Shown: positions 9,716 to 18,681 of the stretch, piece after piece | Numbering within the stretch: position 1 is the first letter of the stretch | Layout of the letters: the number at the start of each line of letters is the position of its first letter | Source: an uncultured Eubacteriales bacterium | GTDB lineage: Bacteria; Bacillota; Clostridia; TANB77; CAG-508 | Direction: 5' to 3' | DNA: 64,000 nt | Assembly: GCA_949294555.1 (NCBI GenBank) | Contig: CASFHP010000002.1 | Span: 38,087-102,086, forward strand | Notes under the pieces: generated by a model | What the model saw: the letters and a program-made list of their open reading frames with translations, nothing else | What the model was told of the DNA's origin: nothing | The model's database searches: none | Position numbers and translations under genes: made by a program

Positions 9716-12316
9716 ATGAAAATTCTAAATAAATTAACAATGAAAAATTTAAAATTAAATAAGAAAAGAACCATTGTTACCATTATTGGAATTTCTCTTT
9801 CTGTTGCATTAATATGTGCTATCACGACATTTGCTGTCAGCTTTCAAAACTCTATGATAGAAAGAGAAATCAAAACAAATGGAAATTACCATATACGAGT
9901 GCAAAATGTATCAAAAGAAAATGAAAAATATTTAGAGAACAATGCTAAGATACAAGACGTACAAATATCACAAGAAATAGGGTATGCAATTTTAGAAGAA
10001 TCTGAAAACGAGAATAAACCATTTGCCTATATTGAAAGTTATGCCCAAGACCTTTTACAAAATGGGGGAATTATCATAACAGAAGGTAGATTACCAGAAA
10101 ATGAAAATGAAATTGTGATACCAGAACATATTATTCAAAATGGAAAAGTGGATTGGAATGTTGGTGATACAATAGAGCTTGATATTGGTAATCGATATAA
10201 AGATGGGTATGTGTTAAATCAAACAAATCCATATTATACAGATCAGGATAGATTAGATAGAAAAGAAAGTGGTATTGAAGATGATTTAGAGCAAGAAACC
10301 TTTGTTGTGAATACGCAAAAAACATATACAATTGTAGGAATTATGGAAAGATTAAACAGTGAAAGCTATTCTGCACCAGGATATACCATGATAACAAAAT
10401 TAGATAAAATTGATGATACCAAAAATGTAAATATGTCACTTGTCTTAAAAGACCCAGCAGAAACATATGATTTTGAAGAATACTTGAAAAAAGATTTAAA
10501 AATCGATGAAGCAGATATTTCTGACAATGAACAATTACTATATTATGTAGGTGTTTTCAAAAGTGGAAGAATGGAAAACTTTGTCATGATTATGGCAGCA
10601 ATTGTTATTGGCATTATTGTCTTTACATCTGCATTTGTTATCAAAAATAGCTTTAGCATTTCCCTTACAGAAAAAACAAGAGAATTGGGAATGATTGCAA
10701 GTGTAGGAGCAACGTCAAAGCAAATTAGGAAAAGTATCTTTTTTGAAGGTGCCATATTAGGGCTAATTTCGATACCTTTGGGAATTGTCGTTGGAATTGT
10801 GGCAATTGGGATTGTATTGGCAATAGTTAATGGAATTATCAATTCAGGAACAACACCATTAATTGACAATTTCGAGCTAAACTTAACCATATCATGGGTA
10901 GCCATTGTAGTAGCCATCATCGTGTCTGTTATCATGATTATCATTTCTTTAATCAGACCAAGTTATCGAGCAAGTAAAATTTCTCCTATTGACGCCATAA
11001 GAGAAAGCTCTGATATAAAAGTGAAAAAGAATAAAAAGAGAAAAAATAAAGAATATAAACTAACGAAAAAGCTTTTTGGAATAGAAGGTGTTATTGCAAG
11101 AAAGAACTTTAGAAGAAGCAAGAAAAAGTATAGAACAACAATCTTTTCTATATTCTTAAGTATTGTCTTATTTATCTCTATGAATGCATTTGCAGAAAGT
11201 GTATTTGGATTATCTTCATTACAATATCAAGAAAGTAGAATTAATTTGATAGTTTATAGCAATTATTATGAACAGGATGAGGCAGAAAGAGAAGCATATT
11301 TTGATAAAATTAAAAATTTAGATGGTATTAAAGAATATGCAATTTTAAAAAATACACATGCTTATATAGATACAGAAAAATCATATACTCAAAAAGCTTA
11401 CAGTCAGCATGCAGACATGAATGCATTAGTAATATATGCCATAGGAGACGAAGCTTATAGAAATTATGTAGCAGAATTAGGCTTAAATTACGATGAAGTA
11501 AAAGATAAAGCGATATTATGTGACACTAGAATTTTTTACGAATATGAAGAAGGTAGAGATGGTGTAAAAAGAGTTGAAGATCACTTGTTTAACTTAAATG
11601 CAGGGGATACACTAGAATATTATAATGTGTCAGATGAAAATGGCAATTTATCAGATAAAGGAACAATAGAAATTGCAACAAGAGCAGATAAATATCCATT
11701 AGGTTCATTATTTAGTGATGCCAATACAAATCCAGTCATCATTATTTCAGATGAAATGATGGAAAACTTTGATTATAGCTTAGCTTCTATAGATATAAAT
11801 GTAGAAGACCCATACAAATTGCAAGAGGAAATTATAGAAATAGATAGAACCAATAAAGACAATATCTATAACATGGAAGAAGATGTAAGAGCAGCAAAAA
11901 ATATGAATTTAATTGTATCTATATTTGTATATGGATTTATCGCCGTGATTTCTATCATCGGTGTAACCAATATCTTTAATACAATAACTACCAACATGGC
12001 ACTTAGAAGTAGAGAATTTGCAATACTAAAATCTATCGGTATGACCAATAAAGAATTCAGAAAAATGATTAATTATGAAAGCTTTATATATGGATTAAAA
12101 GCATTAATATTGGGCTTGCCAGTAGGTGTTGCATTATCGTATCTAATTTATACAGTTACAACAGATGTTTATACAACTGCTTATCAACTTCCAATAATAC
12201 CAATTGTTATTTCTATCATATTTGTATTTGCGATTATATTTATGACAATGCGCTATGCTGTAAAGAAAACGAAAAATCAAAATATTATTGAAACCATCAG
12301 AAAAGAAAATATTTAA
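9716..12316 (+). CDS. ABC transporter permease (FtsX-like, two modules)
   Basis: 866 aa; RELGMIASVGAT and REFAILKSIGMT FtsX motifs with large extracellular loops. Confidence 0.9.
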   Translation: MKILNKLTMKNLKLNKKRTIVTIIGISLSVALICAITTFAVSFQNSMIEREIKTNGNYHIRVQNVSKENEKYLENNAKIQDVQISQEIGYAILEESENENKPFAYIESYAQDLLQNGGIIITEGRLPENENEIVIPEHIIQNGKVDWNVGDTIELDIGNRYKDGYVLNQTNPYYTDQDRLDRKESGIEDDLEQETFVVNTQKTYTIVGIMERLNSESYSAPGYTMITKLDKIDDTKNVNMSLVLKDPAETYDFEEYLKKDLKIDEADISDNEQLLYYVGVFKSGRMENFVMIMAAIVIGIIVFTSAFVIKNSFSISLTEKTRELGMIASVGATSKQIRKSIFFEGAILGLISIPLGIVVGIVAIGIVLAIVNGIINSGTTPLIDNFELNLTISWVAIVVAIIVSVIMIIISLIRPSYRASKISPIDAIRESSDIKVKKNKKRKNKEYKLTKKLFGIEGVIARKNFRRSKKKYRTTIFSIFLSIVLFISMNAFAESVFGLSSLQYQESRINLIVYSNYYEQDEAEREAYFDKIKNLDGIKEYAILKNTHAYIDTEKSYTQKAYSQHADMNALVIYAIGDEAYRNYVAELGLNYDEVKDKAILCDTRIFYEYEEGRDGVKRVEDHLFNLNAGDTLEYYNVSDENGNLSDKGTIEIATRADKYPLGSLFSDANTNPVIIISDEMMENFDYSLASIDINVEDPYKLQEEIIEIDRTNKDNIYNMEEDVRAAKNMNLIVSIFVYGFIAVISIIGVTNIFNTITTNMALRSREFAILKSIGMTNKEFRKMINYESFIYGLKALILGLPVGVALSYLIYTVTTDVYTTAYQLPIIPIVISIIFVFAIIFMTMRYAVKKTKNQNIIETIRKENI

Positions 12317-12378
12317 AAATTGCCAAAGGCCTGTTTCTCCATTTTTGCCAAAGGGGACGGGCCGTTTTGGCAATTTTT
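12316..12378. repeat. GGGGACG-family REP-like element
   Basis: AAAATTGCCAAAGGCC...AAAGGGGACGGGCCGTTTTGGCAATTTT inverted repeat. Confidence 0.55.
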
Positions 12379-12391
12379 TTAAAATAATTTT

Positions 12392-12449
12392 AATCCAGTC
12401 AAAAGTTAAAAATTTGTAAAAACTTTTTTAACTTTTGACTGGATTTTTT
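12392..12449. terminator. Probable bidirectional terminator between convergent operons
   Basis: AATCCAGTCAAAAGTTAAAAA / TTTTTAACTTTTGACTGGATT hairpin followed by T-run. Confidence 0.65.
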
Positions 12450-12455
12450 CAATTT

Positions 12456-13214
12456 TTACGGTTCCTCAATTAAATCTTGCCAATATTTTTTAGGCATAAA
12501 TTGCATTTGGCATCTAGCATTTTTTCTTTCTTGTATGGCAATGGTTTTGAAAAACAATTTCCAAAGTTCTTGATATTTTTGCTCTTCTTCAGTAATCTCT
12601 GGTATTGTTAAATTGGTACTGTCAATAATCTTGTATTCTTGCATGTTGTATAAAAAGCATATATTTCTATTTTTATCATGGATAATAAAATTTTGAGTAG
12701 GCAGTCTTTTAATAAAATGATGTCCTAAAGGTTCAATAATATTATTATCAGGATGAATAGAAGCATAATATAGATTTTCTCCAATTTCCATAAAGCGAAG
12801 TAATCCTTTTAATTTATGACATTCTGATAAGGCTCTTTTTCTCATGTTGATAACAGAAAATACATAAGAAACGGTAAGCATGGTATTAATTTTAGGACCA
12901 ATATCAAATCCATCACATAAATATTTTAGAATATTGATTTCTTTATTTTTTCCATCTGACAAAAAGGCATAAAAACTATTATATAAAGCTTCATAGCAAA
13001 TATTCTTATTAATGCCTTCAAAAACACGTTTTGCCTTTCCATAATTGGTATCTATATATTGTGTTTTATCTAAAAAATTTTGTGTATAATCCTCTTCTGA
13101 AACGATTTTTTGTGGCAATGTTTTATGAGAATAACTATCAAAAACAATTGTTAGTAATCCATCAAATGTGCCGTCATATAAGTAGGTTGTATTTATAAGC
13201 TTCCAGTTAGACAT
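12456..13214 (-). CDS. TIGR03915/DUF4130-type putative DNA repair protein
   Basis: YLYDGTFDGLLT, HKLKGLLRF, HFIKR, FMPKKYW; follows the radical SAM partner. Confidence 0.88.
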   Translation of the reverse strand: MSNWKLINTTYLYDGTFDGLLTIVFDSYSHKTLPQKIVSEEDYTQNFLDKTQYIDTNYGKAKRVFEGINKNICYEALYNSFYAFLSDGKNKEINILKYLCDGFDIGPKINTMLTVSYVFSVINMRKRALSECHKLKGLLRFMEIGENLYYASIHPDNNIIEPLGHHFIKRLPTQNFIIHDKNRNICFLYNMQEYKIIDSTNLTIPEITEEEQKYQELWKLFFKTIAIQERKNARCQMQFMPKKYWQDLIEEP

Positions 13215-14491
13215 TTTACTTTATCCTCCTTTGTAGGTAATAATGTATCAAACATAGATAATTGTTCATATTTCTTTTGTGGAATGGTATTTCTTTCTGT
13301 ATATAATAAATTGGTTTCAATAAAATTTTTGTTAAATTTATTGACTTCATAAAAATATTTTCCTTTACAAGTGATGAAATATTGTGCTCTTTTTAGGACA
13401 ACACCTAATTTCTTTAAACTTTCAAAATCTAGTAAAAATTCTCTTCTTGCAGTAATAATCTTTTTGGCACTAATCACACCAATACCAGGAATTCGTAGAA
13501 GCGTATGATAATTAGCAGTATTGATTTCTATTGGAAATTTATCTAAATTTCTTAAAGCCCAATCACATTTAGGGTCTAACAAAGTATTGAAATTAGGGTG
13601 TTCTTCATTTAATAATTCATCTGCTTGAAAACCATAAAATCTAAGAAGCCAATCTGCTTGATATAATCGATTTTCTCTTAGAAGAGGGGGCTTCTCTAAG
13701 GTAGGTAAGTTTTTATCATTATTAATAGAAACATAAGCAGAATAGTAAACACGTTTTAACTTTAAAGATTTATACATACTTTCAGAAAGTTTCAAGATTT
13801 TCAAATCTGTTTCAGGTGTGGCACCAACCATTAATTGTGTGGTTTGACCAGCTGGAACAAATTTCTTTTTATATTTTGATTTATCCATTTTATTAATTTT
13901 GAGAGTGTTTGCAACATAGGTCATTGGTTTCAAAATCCCATCTTTTTCTTTTTGAGGTGCTAACAACTTTAAACTATCATTTGAGGGAAGTTCTATATTA
14001 ATACTCATTCTATCTACTAAAATACCTAATTTATCAATTAATTCTTGACTACAACCAGGGATAGTTTTACAGTGAATATATCCATTAAAATGATACTCAT
14101 TTCGTAAAATAGAAGCTGTTTCAACAAGCCTTTCCATTGTATAGTCAGGAGATTTAATAACAGCTGAACTCAAAAATAGGCCTTCAATGTAATTTCGCTT
14201 GTAAAAATGAATGGTTAAATCTGCAACTTCGCGAGGGGTAAAAGTGGCTCTAGGCACAGAATTTGAACAACGATTAATACAATATTTGCAATCATACATA
14301 CAGGCATTTGTAAACAAAATCTTCAAAAGAGAAATACATCTGCCATCTGCACCCCAACTATGACAAATACCAGAAACATGACCATTTCCAATTCCATTAT
14401 CTGTGTTTTTTCTGTCACTACCACTAGAACTGCAAGAAGCATCATATTTTGCAGAATCAGCTAAAATTTTTAATTTGTCGAAAATTTCCAT
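13193..14491 (-). CDS. Putative DNA modification/repair radical SAM protein (TIGR03916 type)
   Basis: AKYDASCSSSG, CMYDCKYC (CxxxCxxC), RLYQADWLLRFYGF, HhH motif LLRIPGIG. Confidence 0.93.
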   Translation of the reverse strand: MEIFDKLKILADSAKYDASCSSSGSDRKNTDNGIGNGHVSGICHSWGADGRCISLLKILFTNACMYDCKYCINRCSNSVPRATFTPREVADLTIHFYKRNYIEGLFLSSAVIKSPDYTMERLVETASILRNEYHFNGYIHCKTIPGCSQELIDKLGILVDRMSINIELPSNDSLKLLAPQKEKDGILKPMTYVANTLKINKMDKSKYKKKFVPAGQTTQLMVGATPETDLKILKLSESMYKSLKLKRVYYSAYVSINNDKNLPTLEKPPLLRENRLYQADWLLRFYGFQADELLNEEHPNFNTLLDPKCDWALRNLDKFPIEINTANYHTLLRIPGIGVISAKKIITARREFLLDFESLKKLGVVLKRAQYFITCKGKYFYEVNKFNKNFIETNLLYTERNTIPQKKYEQLSMFDTLLPTKEDKVKCLTGSL

Positions 14492-14501
14492 AGCACACCT
14501 C

Positions 14502-14544
14502 CGAATATATGTTTGATTATATCATTCGGAAAATGAAAATGCAA
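14502..14544 (-). promoter_or_regulatory. SigA promoter with adjacent LexA/SOS-like box
   Basis: Minus strand TTGCAT-17-TATAAT; CGAATATATGTTTG (14502-14515) resembles the Firmicute CGAAC-N4-GTTCG box. Confidence 0.6.
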
Positions 14545-14552
14545 TACTTTTA

Positions 14553-14729
14553 AGAACAATAGCGGGCTTTTTAAAACATTTTTTCTGTTTATAACATTTT
14601 AAAGCCCGCGTTATTGTTCGGCGCCAATTTTACGCAAGTAAAATTGTGTGCAATCTTTAGAGCGAAGCGATGTTCTAGTATAGGAAAAATCGAGTTTTTT
14701 CTATACTAGAACAAAATTTCGTAAAACTA
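14553..14729. repeat. Three-hairpin composite intergenic repeat, copy 1
   Basis: GAACAAT-GCGGGCTT..AAGCCCGC-ATTGTTC, GCCAATTTT..AAAATTGTGTGCAATC, GTTCTAGTATAG..CTATACTAGAAC. Confidence 0.7.
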
Positions 14730-14775
14730 TTTAAAAAATATAACTTACATGATATAATAGCTTTATCGAGAAAGG

Positions 14776-15150
14776 ATGTTGATAATGAATAGAGAAATAG
14801 GAAGGATAACCAAAAAAGTAATAAGAATTTTAGAATTAGATTATGATAAAGAACAACCTATTTTTATTGGTGATGCTAATATTAAACATATGCAAGAAAG
14901 ACATCCGCTAGATTTTGAAAGATATGGTCAAAAAATGGAAGATATTATAAAAAATCCGACATATTTAGCAAGAAATCAAAAAAAGAAATCAATTGAATTC
15001 ATAAAGGAATATAAGACTCAAAGTGACGATTATGTATTAATAGCAGTAAGAGTAAGTAATAATGGTGTACATTTTGCAAGAACTATGTACATAATGGCTG
15101 ATGAAAAAGTGAAAAAATATTTGAAACATAATTATTTTCACAAATTCTAG
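14776..15150 (+). CDS. PBECR-type (Barnase/EndoU/ColE5-D/RelE-like) nuclease-fold protein
   Basis: IKHMQERHP, IIKNPTY, SIEFIK, VLIAVRVS pattern; family call from recall. Confidence 0.6.
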   Translation: MLIMNREIGRITKKVIRILELDYDKEQPIFIGDANIKHMQERHPLDFERYGQKMEDIIKNPTYLARNQKKKSIEFIKEYKTQSDDYVLIAVRVSNNGVHFARTMYIMADEKVKKYLKHNYFHKF

Positions 15151-15200
15151 CTTGCAAAAAGTAGAAATGTATGTTATTATAATTATAGCATATAATAAAT

Positions 15201-15333
15201 GTAGGAAAAGTTTCAGAGGACGGAACTGGTAGCCGTAGCCCATCTAACAGATGTAGGAGATGTGGGATTACCACCCCACCTAACTTTTCCAAACTAGAAA
15301 GTAGGAGTGCTAGAAATAGCACTCTTTATTTTT
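15201..15333 (+). ncRNA. Candidate structured ncRNA (four-way junction with kissing loops) with own promoter and terminator
   Basis: Closing stem GGAAAAGTT/AACTTTTCC, three internal hairpins, complementary loops TGGTA/TACCA, upstream TTGCAA..TATAAT, terminator GAGTGCTA-GAAA-TAGCACTC-T run. Confidence 0.6.
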
Positions 15334-15365
15334 ACATTATAGGAAATAGCATTTCCTATAATGCA
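15334..15365. repeat. CATTATAGGAAA palindrome family
   Basis: ACATTATAGGAAATAGCATTTCCTATAATGC; related copies near 20008, 48043, 52411. Confidence 0.6.
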
Positions 15366-15502
15366 AAAAACATAATTGATAATTGTTATTTAACGATGAA
15401 GTCTAAAAAAAGTAGAGATTGGTATTGAAAATTTTAAAAGGAAACGGTATAATACTAAACGATACATACGAAAGTAAATCAAGAAAAGAAAGGATACGAA
15501 AA

Positions 15503-16492
15503 ATGATACAAATAGAAAACAAATTTGGAAACAATTATGGAAAAATATATGGAGAAACAAAAACAGCTATTCCCAAAATTAAAGTAATTGGAATAGGTGG
15601 AGGAGGCAACAATGCTGTTAGACAAATGGTTGAAGATAAGATAAAAGATGTAGATTTCTACTTTTTTAATACAGAACTTGCTATGTTAAATAAAACGAAA
15701 ATGGATAATGTTTTACAAATTGGAAAAGAAACGACAAAAGGTCTAGGAGCAGGAGCAAATCCAGAAGTTGGAGAAAAAGCAGCCATTGAAAGTAAAGAAG
15801 ATATTAAACAAGTATTAGCTGGAACACAATTACTATTCTTAACTGCTGGAATGGGAGGCGGAACTGGAACAGGAGCTATTCCAGTAGTTGCAGAAATTGC
15901 ACAAGAGATGGGAATTCAAACCATTGCAATTGTCACAAAACCATTCCTTTTTGAAGGAAGATTAAGAGGAACCAGGGCAGAGGCAGGAATAGAAAAATTA
16001 AAACAACATGTAAATAGTTTAATTTTAATTTCAAATGATAAATTATTAAAAATTGCAGGAAATCAAAAAATGAGTATTATTAATGCTTTTAAAATGGCGG
16101 ATAATGTATTAGAACAAGGAATTAAAAGCATTACAGATTTGATTACATCTGTAGGAGATATTAATGTGGACTTTGCAGATGTTACAACAATGCTAACATA
16201 TAAAGGAATGGCATATATGGGAATAGGAGAAGCAAAAGGAGAAGGCAGAATGGTAGATGCTGTTAACCAGGCAATTGACAATGCTCTTACAGAAAATAAA
16301 ATTAACAATGCAAAAGGTGTTATCTTTAATGTTAGAGGAAATTCAGAATTGGCGTTAAGTGAGATTAACGATGGTATTGGTAAAATTAATGATTTAATTA
16401 GTGAAGACGCTAATGTCGTATTTGGAACAATTACGGATGAGTCCTTAGGAGATAAAGTTGTTGTTACTGTTATTGCGACAGGGGTAGAGTAA
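15503..16492 (+). CDS. ftsZ: FtsZ-family GTPase lacking the C-terminal linker and tail
   Basis: IKVIGIGGGGNNA, GAGANPEVG, GMGGGTGTG, INVDFADV; ends at VTVIATGVE*. Confidence 0.88.
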   Translation: MIQIENKFGNNYGKIYGETKTAIPKIKVIGIGGGGNNAVRQMVEDKIKDVDFYFFNTELAMLNKTKMDNVLQIGKETTKGLGAGANPEVGEKAAIESKEDIKQVLAGTQLLFLTAGMGGGTGTGAIPVVAEIAQEMGIQTIAIVTKPFLFEGRLRGTRAEAGIEKLKQHVNSLILISNDKLLKIAGNQKMSIINAFKMADNVLEQGIKSITDLITSVGDINVDFADVTTMLTYKGMAYMGIGEAKGEGRMVDAVNQAIDNALTENKINNAKGVIFNVRGNSELALSEINDGIGKINDLISEDANVVFGTITDESLGDKVVVTVIATGVE

Positions 16493-16605
16493 GGTTGTAA
16501 AATCATAATAAAAGTGATATAATATTATTACACATGGCAATGCCCATATGTAGAGCACAGGCCTTGCGTAGAAACCCGTTGACAGTACAAAATGGAGGTA
16601 GAAAA

Positions 16606-16884
16606 ATGAATGAATTAATATGTTTAAAAGAAGAGTTGCGGAAGATAAGAAAAGCTGACTTAAGTCCGCAAGACAAGAAACAACTAGAAGAAATACTAGA
16701 GTATATCATCTATTGTGACCTAGAAAATGAATGTAACAAGATAGAGCAAGTCTTGTGGAAAATGGAATACTTAAACATGTTCTCTAATGCAGTAGAACCA
16801 ATGAAAAAGATTGTTGCAAACAAAAAAGAAGAAATAAAGGTCTGGAAAGAAATTTTGGCAGCAATTAGGTTATTAGATTATTAA
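16606..16884 (+). CDS. Hypothetical protein (ORFan with own promoter and terminator)
   Basis: GGAGG RBS, upstream TTGTAA..TATAAT, downstream hairpin TCAGGCAGAGA..TCTCTGCCTGA; in-frame CGG at 16639. Confidence 0.6.
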   Translation: MNELICLKEELRKIRKADLSPQDKKQLEEILEYIIYCDLENECNKIEQVLWKMEYLNMFSNAVEPMKKIVANKKEEIKVWKEILAAIRLLDY

Positions 16885-16955
16885 TTGCTACCAAGTCAGG
16901 CAGAGATTCTTATAGTCTCTGCCTGATTACATTTTATTCAAAAATTTTTTAAGCC

Positions 16956-18468
16956 CTAATAAAATTCTTTCAATTTCTTATAAATACGTTCCTTATCAAA
17001 TATAAACATAAAACATAAATAAAATAGAACAAACAAAGCAATTTGAATAATTGTATTTAAAGAAAAAGAAGAAACTTGTATATTTAATATTTTAATTAAT
17101 AAATAAGAGACTAAACAAGCAAAAACAGGTCTTACTATAAATTTTTTTAAATTTATAGAATAATTAATTTTTTTCTTTAACTGAATACTACTAATCGTAA
17201 AATTCAAAAGTTCACTCACAAAAATACTCAAAATATATCCATACATCCCCATAATTGGAACGATAAAAAAGATAATCGAAATGGTAACTACTAAATCAAT
17301 AATATTGCAAACCATAACACTTACTTGTTCATTAATGCCTTTTAACATATTATCAATGATATTATCGATATACATAAAAAAGATAAGAGGAGAGAGTATT
17401 TTAATCCATTTTCCAGCCTCTATAGACTGATAAACCATTAGACTAATGTCATTGGCAAATATGATAAAAACGCCTGTAACACAAATTGAAAAGATAAAGG
17501 TAACTTTAAAAATTGTATCACAAACTGTCTTTAGTCTGTTATAATTCCCACCAGCGAGCAGTCTGGAAAATTCCGGAACTAATAATCCACTAAAAGAACC
17601 AATTAGAACATTTGCAAACATAATCACAGGCATAACCATTCCGGCCAATCATACCATAATTAGAAACAGCTAAAGAATAGGACATTCCAGATAATTCTAG
17701 ACGAATGGGAATTAGAAACTGTTTTAAAGAGGAAAGTCCAGAACGTATGCAAGAGGTTATGCTAATCGGAAAAGCAATCGTAAAAATTTTTTTCTTCATC
17801 TGCATAGGTAAACTTCTTTTAGATATGTATTTTCTCCTATCAATTAGATAAAAGATAATATTTAAACTAAACGAAAATACTTCAGATATGACATCAGCTA
17901 AAATAAGTGAAATACAAATTGTTTCAACATCTTTAGTGTCATAAACATAAAGTAAAATAATGGTTGCAATAATCTTGACACCTGTTTCTAAAATTTGAGA
18001 AATTGCACTTTTATATGGTTTCTCAACAGAAGAAAAATACCCACCAATGACAGAAGAAACAGCAATTAATGGCAATCCTAAAGAAATCAGATAAAGTGGA
18101 ATTTCAGAAACCATATCCTTTAGCCAAATATCTGAAATGATAGGTGCAAACAAAATCACACAAATAGAAGAAAGAAAGCCTAATAGCACAGCAAATAAAA
18201 TAGATGTTTTAACCGCTTTTATACCATTAATATAATTTCCTTTAGCAAATTCTTCAGAAACAATACAAGTACATGCAATGCCAATGCCAGAAGTTGCAAC
18301 TGTAATCGCAAAATTATATACAGACATAATTAAACTAAAGATACCAATTGCTTCTGAACCTACTTTATTGGCTACAAAGATATTAAAAATTAATCCAATA
18401 CCACGCATAGCAAGTGCGGTTATGGTTAAAATAATACCGTTAATCAAAAATAATTTTGTCTTTCTCAA
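16956..18468 (-). CDS. SpoVB/MurJ-like MOP-family flippase; 503 aa if read with one +1 shift at CGGA (17643-17640)
   Basis: Typical SpoVB-like N- and C-halves lie in adjacent frames; the shift gives ...NYGMIGGMVMPVIMFA... Confidence 0.8.
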
Positions 18469-18522
18469 AATATCACCTTCTTAAAATGATATTAGAAAAA
18501 AACAAAATTATGACCATTTCCA

Positions 18523-18679
18523 TTTGTCCAATTGGGGACGTTTCTTTTTGAGACACTTTTATGTTAACATTAGTTTAAAGTAACAAATAATGTATATAAA
18601 ATTTTATATACATTATTTTTATTAAAAAACAATAGTAAACTCAAAATGTCTCAAAAAGAAACGTCCCCAATTGGACAAA
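18523..18679. repeat. REP/MITE-like element with perfect 33-bp terminal inverted repeats
   Basis: TTTGTCCAATTGGGGACGTTTCTTTTTGAGACA and its exact reverse complement; inner AT-rich palindrome. Confidence 0.85.
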
Positions 18680-18681
18680 AA

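Noticed and set aside
15204..15290. Canonical tRNA, frameshift-suppressor tRNA or SRP RNA
   Set aside because: No TTC T-loop, no 7-8 nt anticodon loop (middle loop is 3 nt), no 3' CCA in proper context, and no SRP CAGG..GNRA..AGCA motif.
15037..15322. Minus-strand ORFs over the candidate ncRNA
   Set aside because: No RBS or motifs; plus-strand promoter, structure and terminator explain the region better.
17572..17646. Methylation or CCGG base-calling artefact as the cause of the extra C
   Set aside because: Only two of seven sites contain CCGG, out-of-frame CCGG and CGG strings are intact, and five sites are not homopolymer extensions. Disfavoured, but raw reads are the decisive test.
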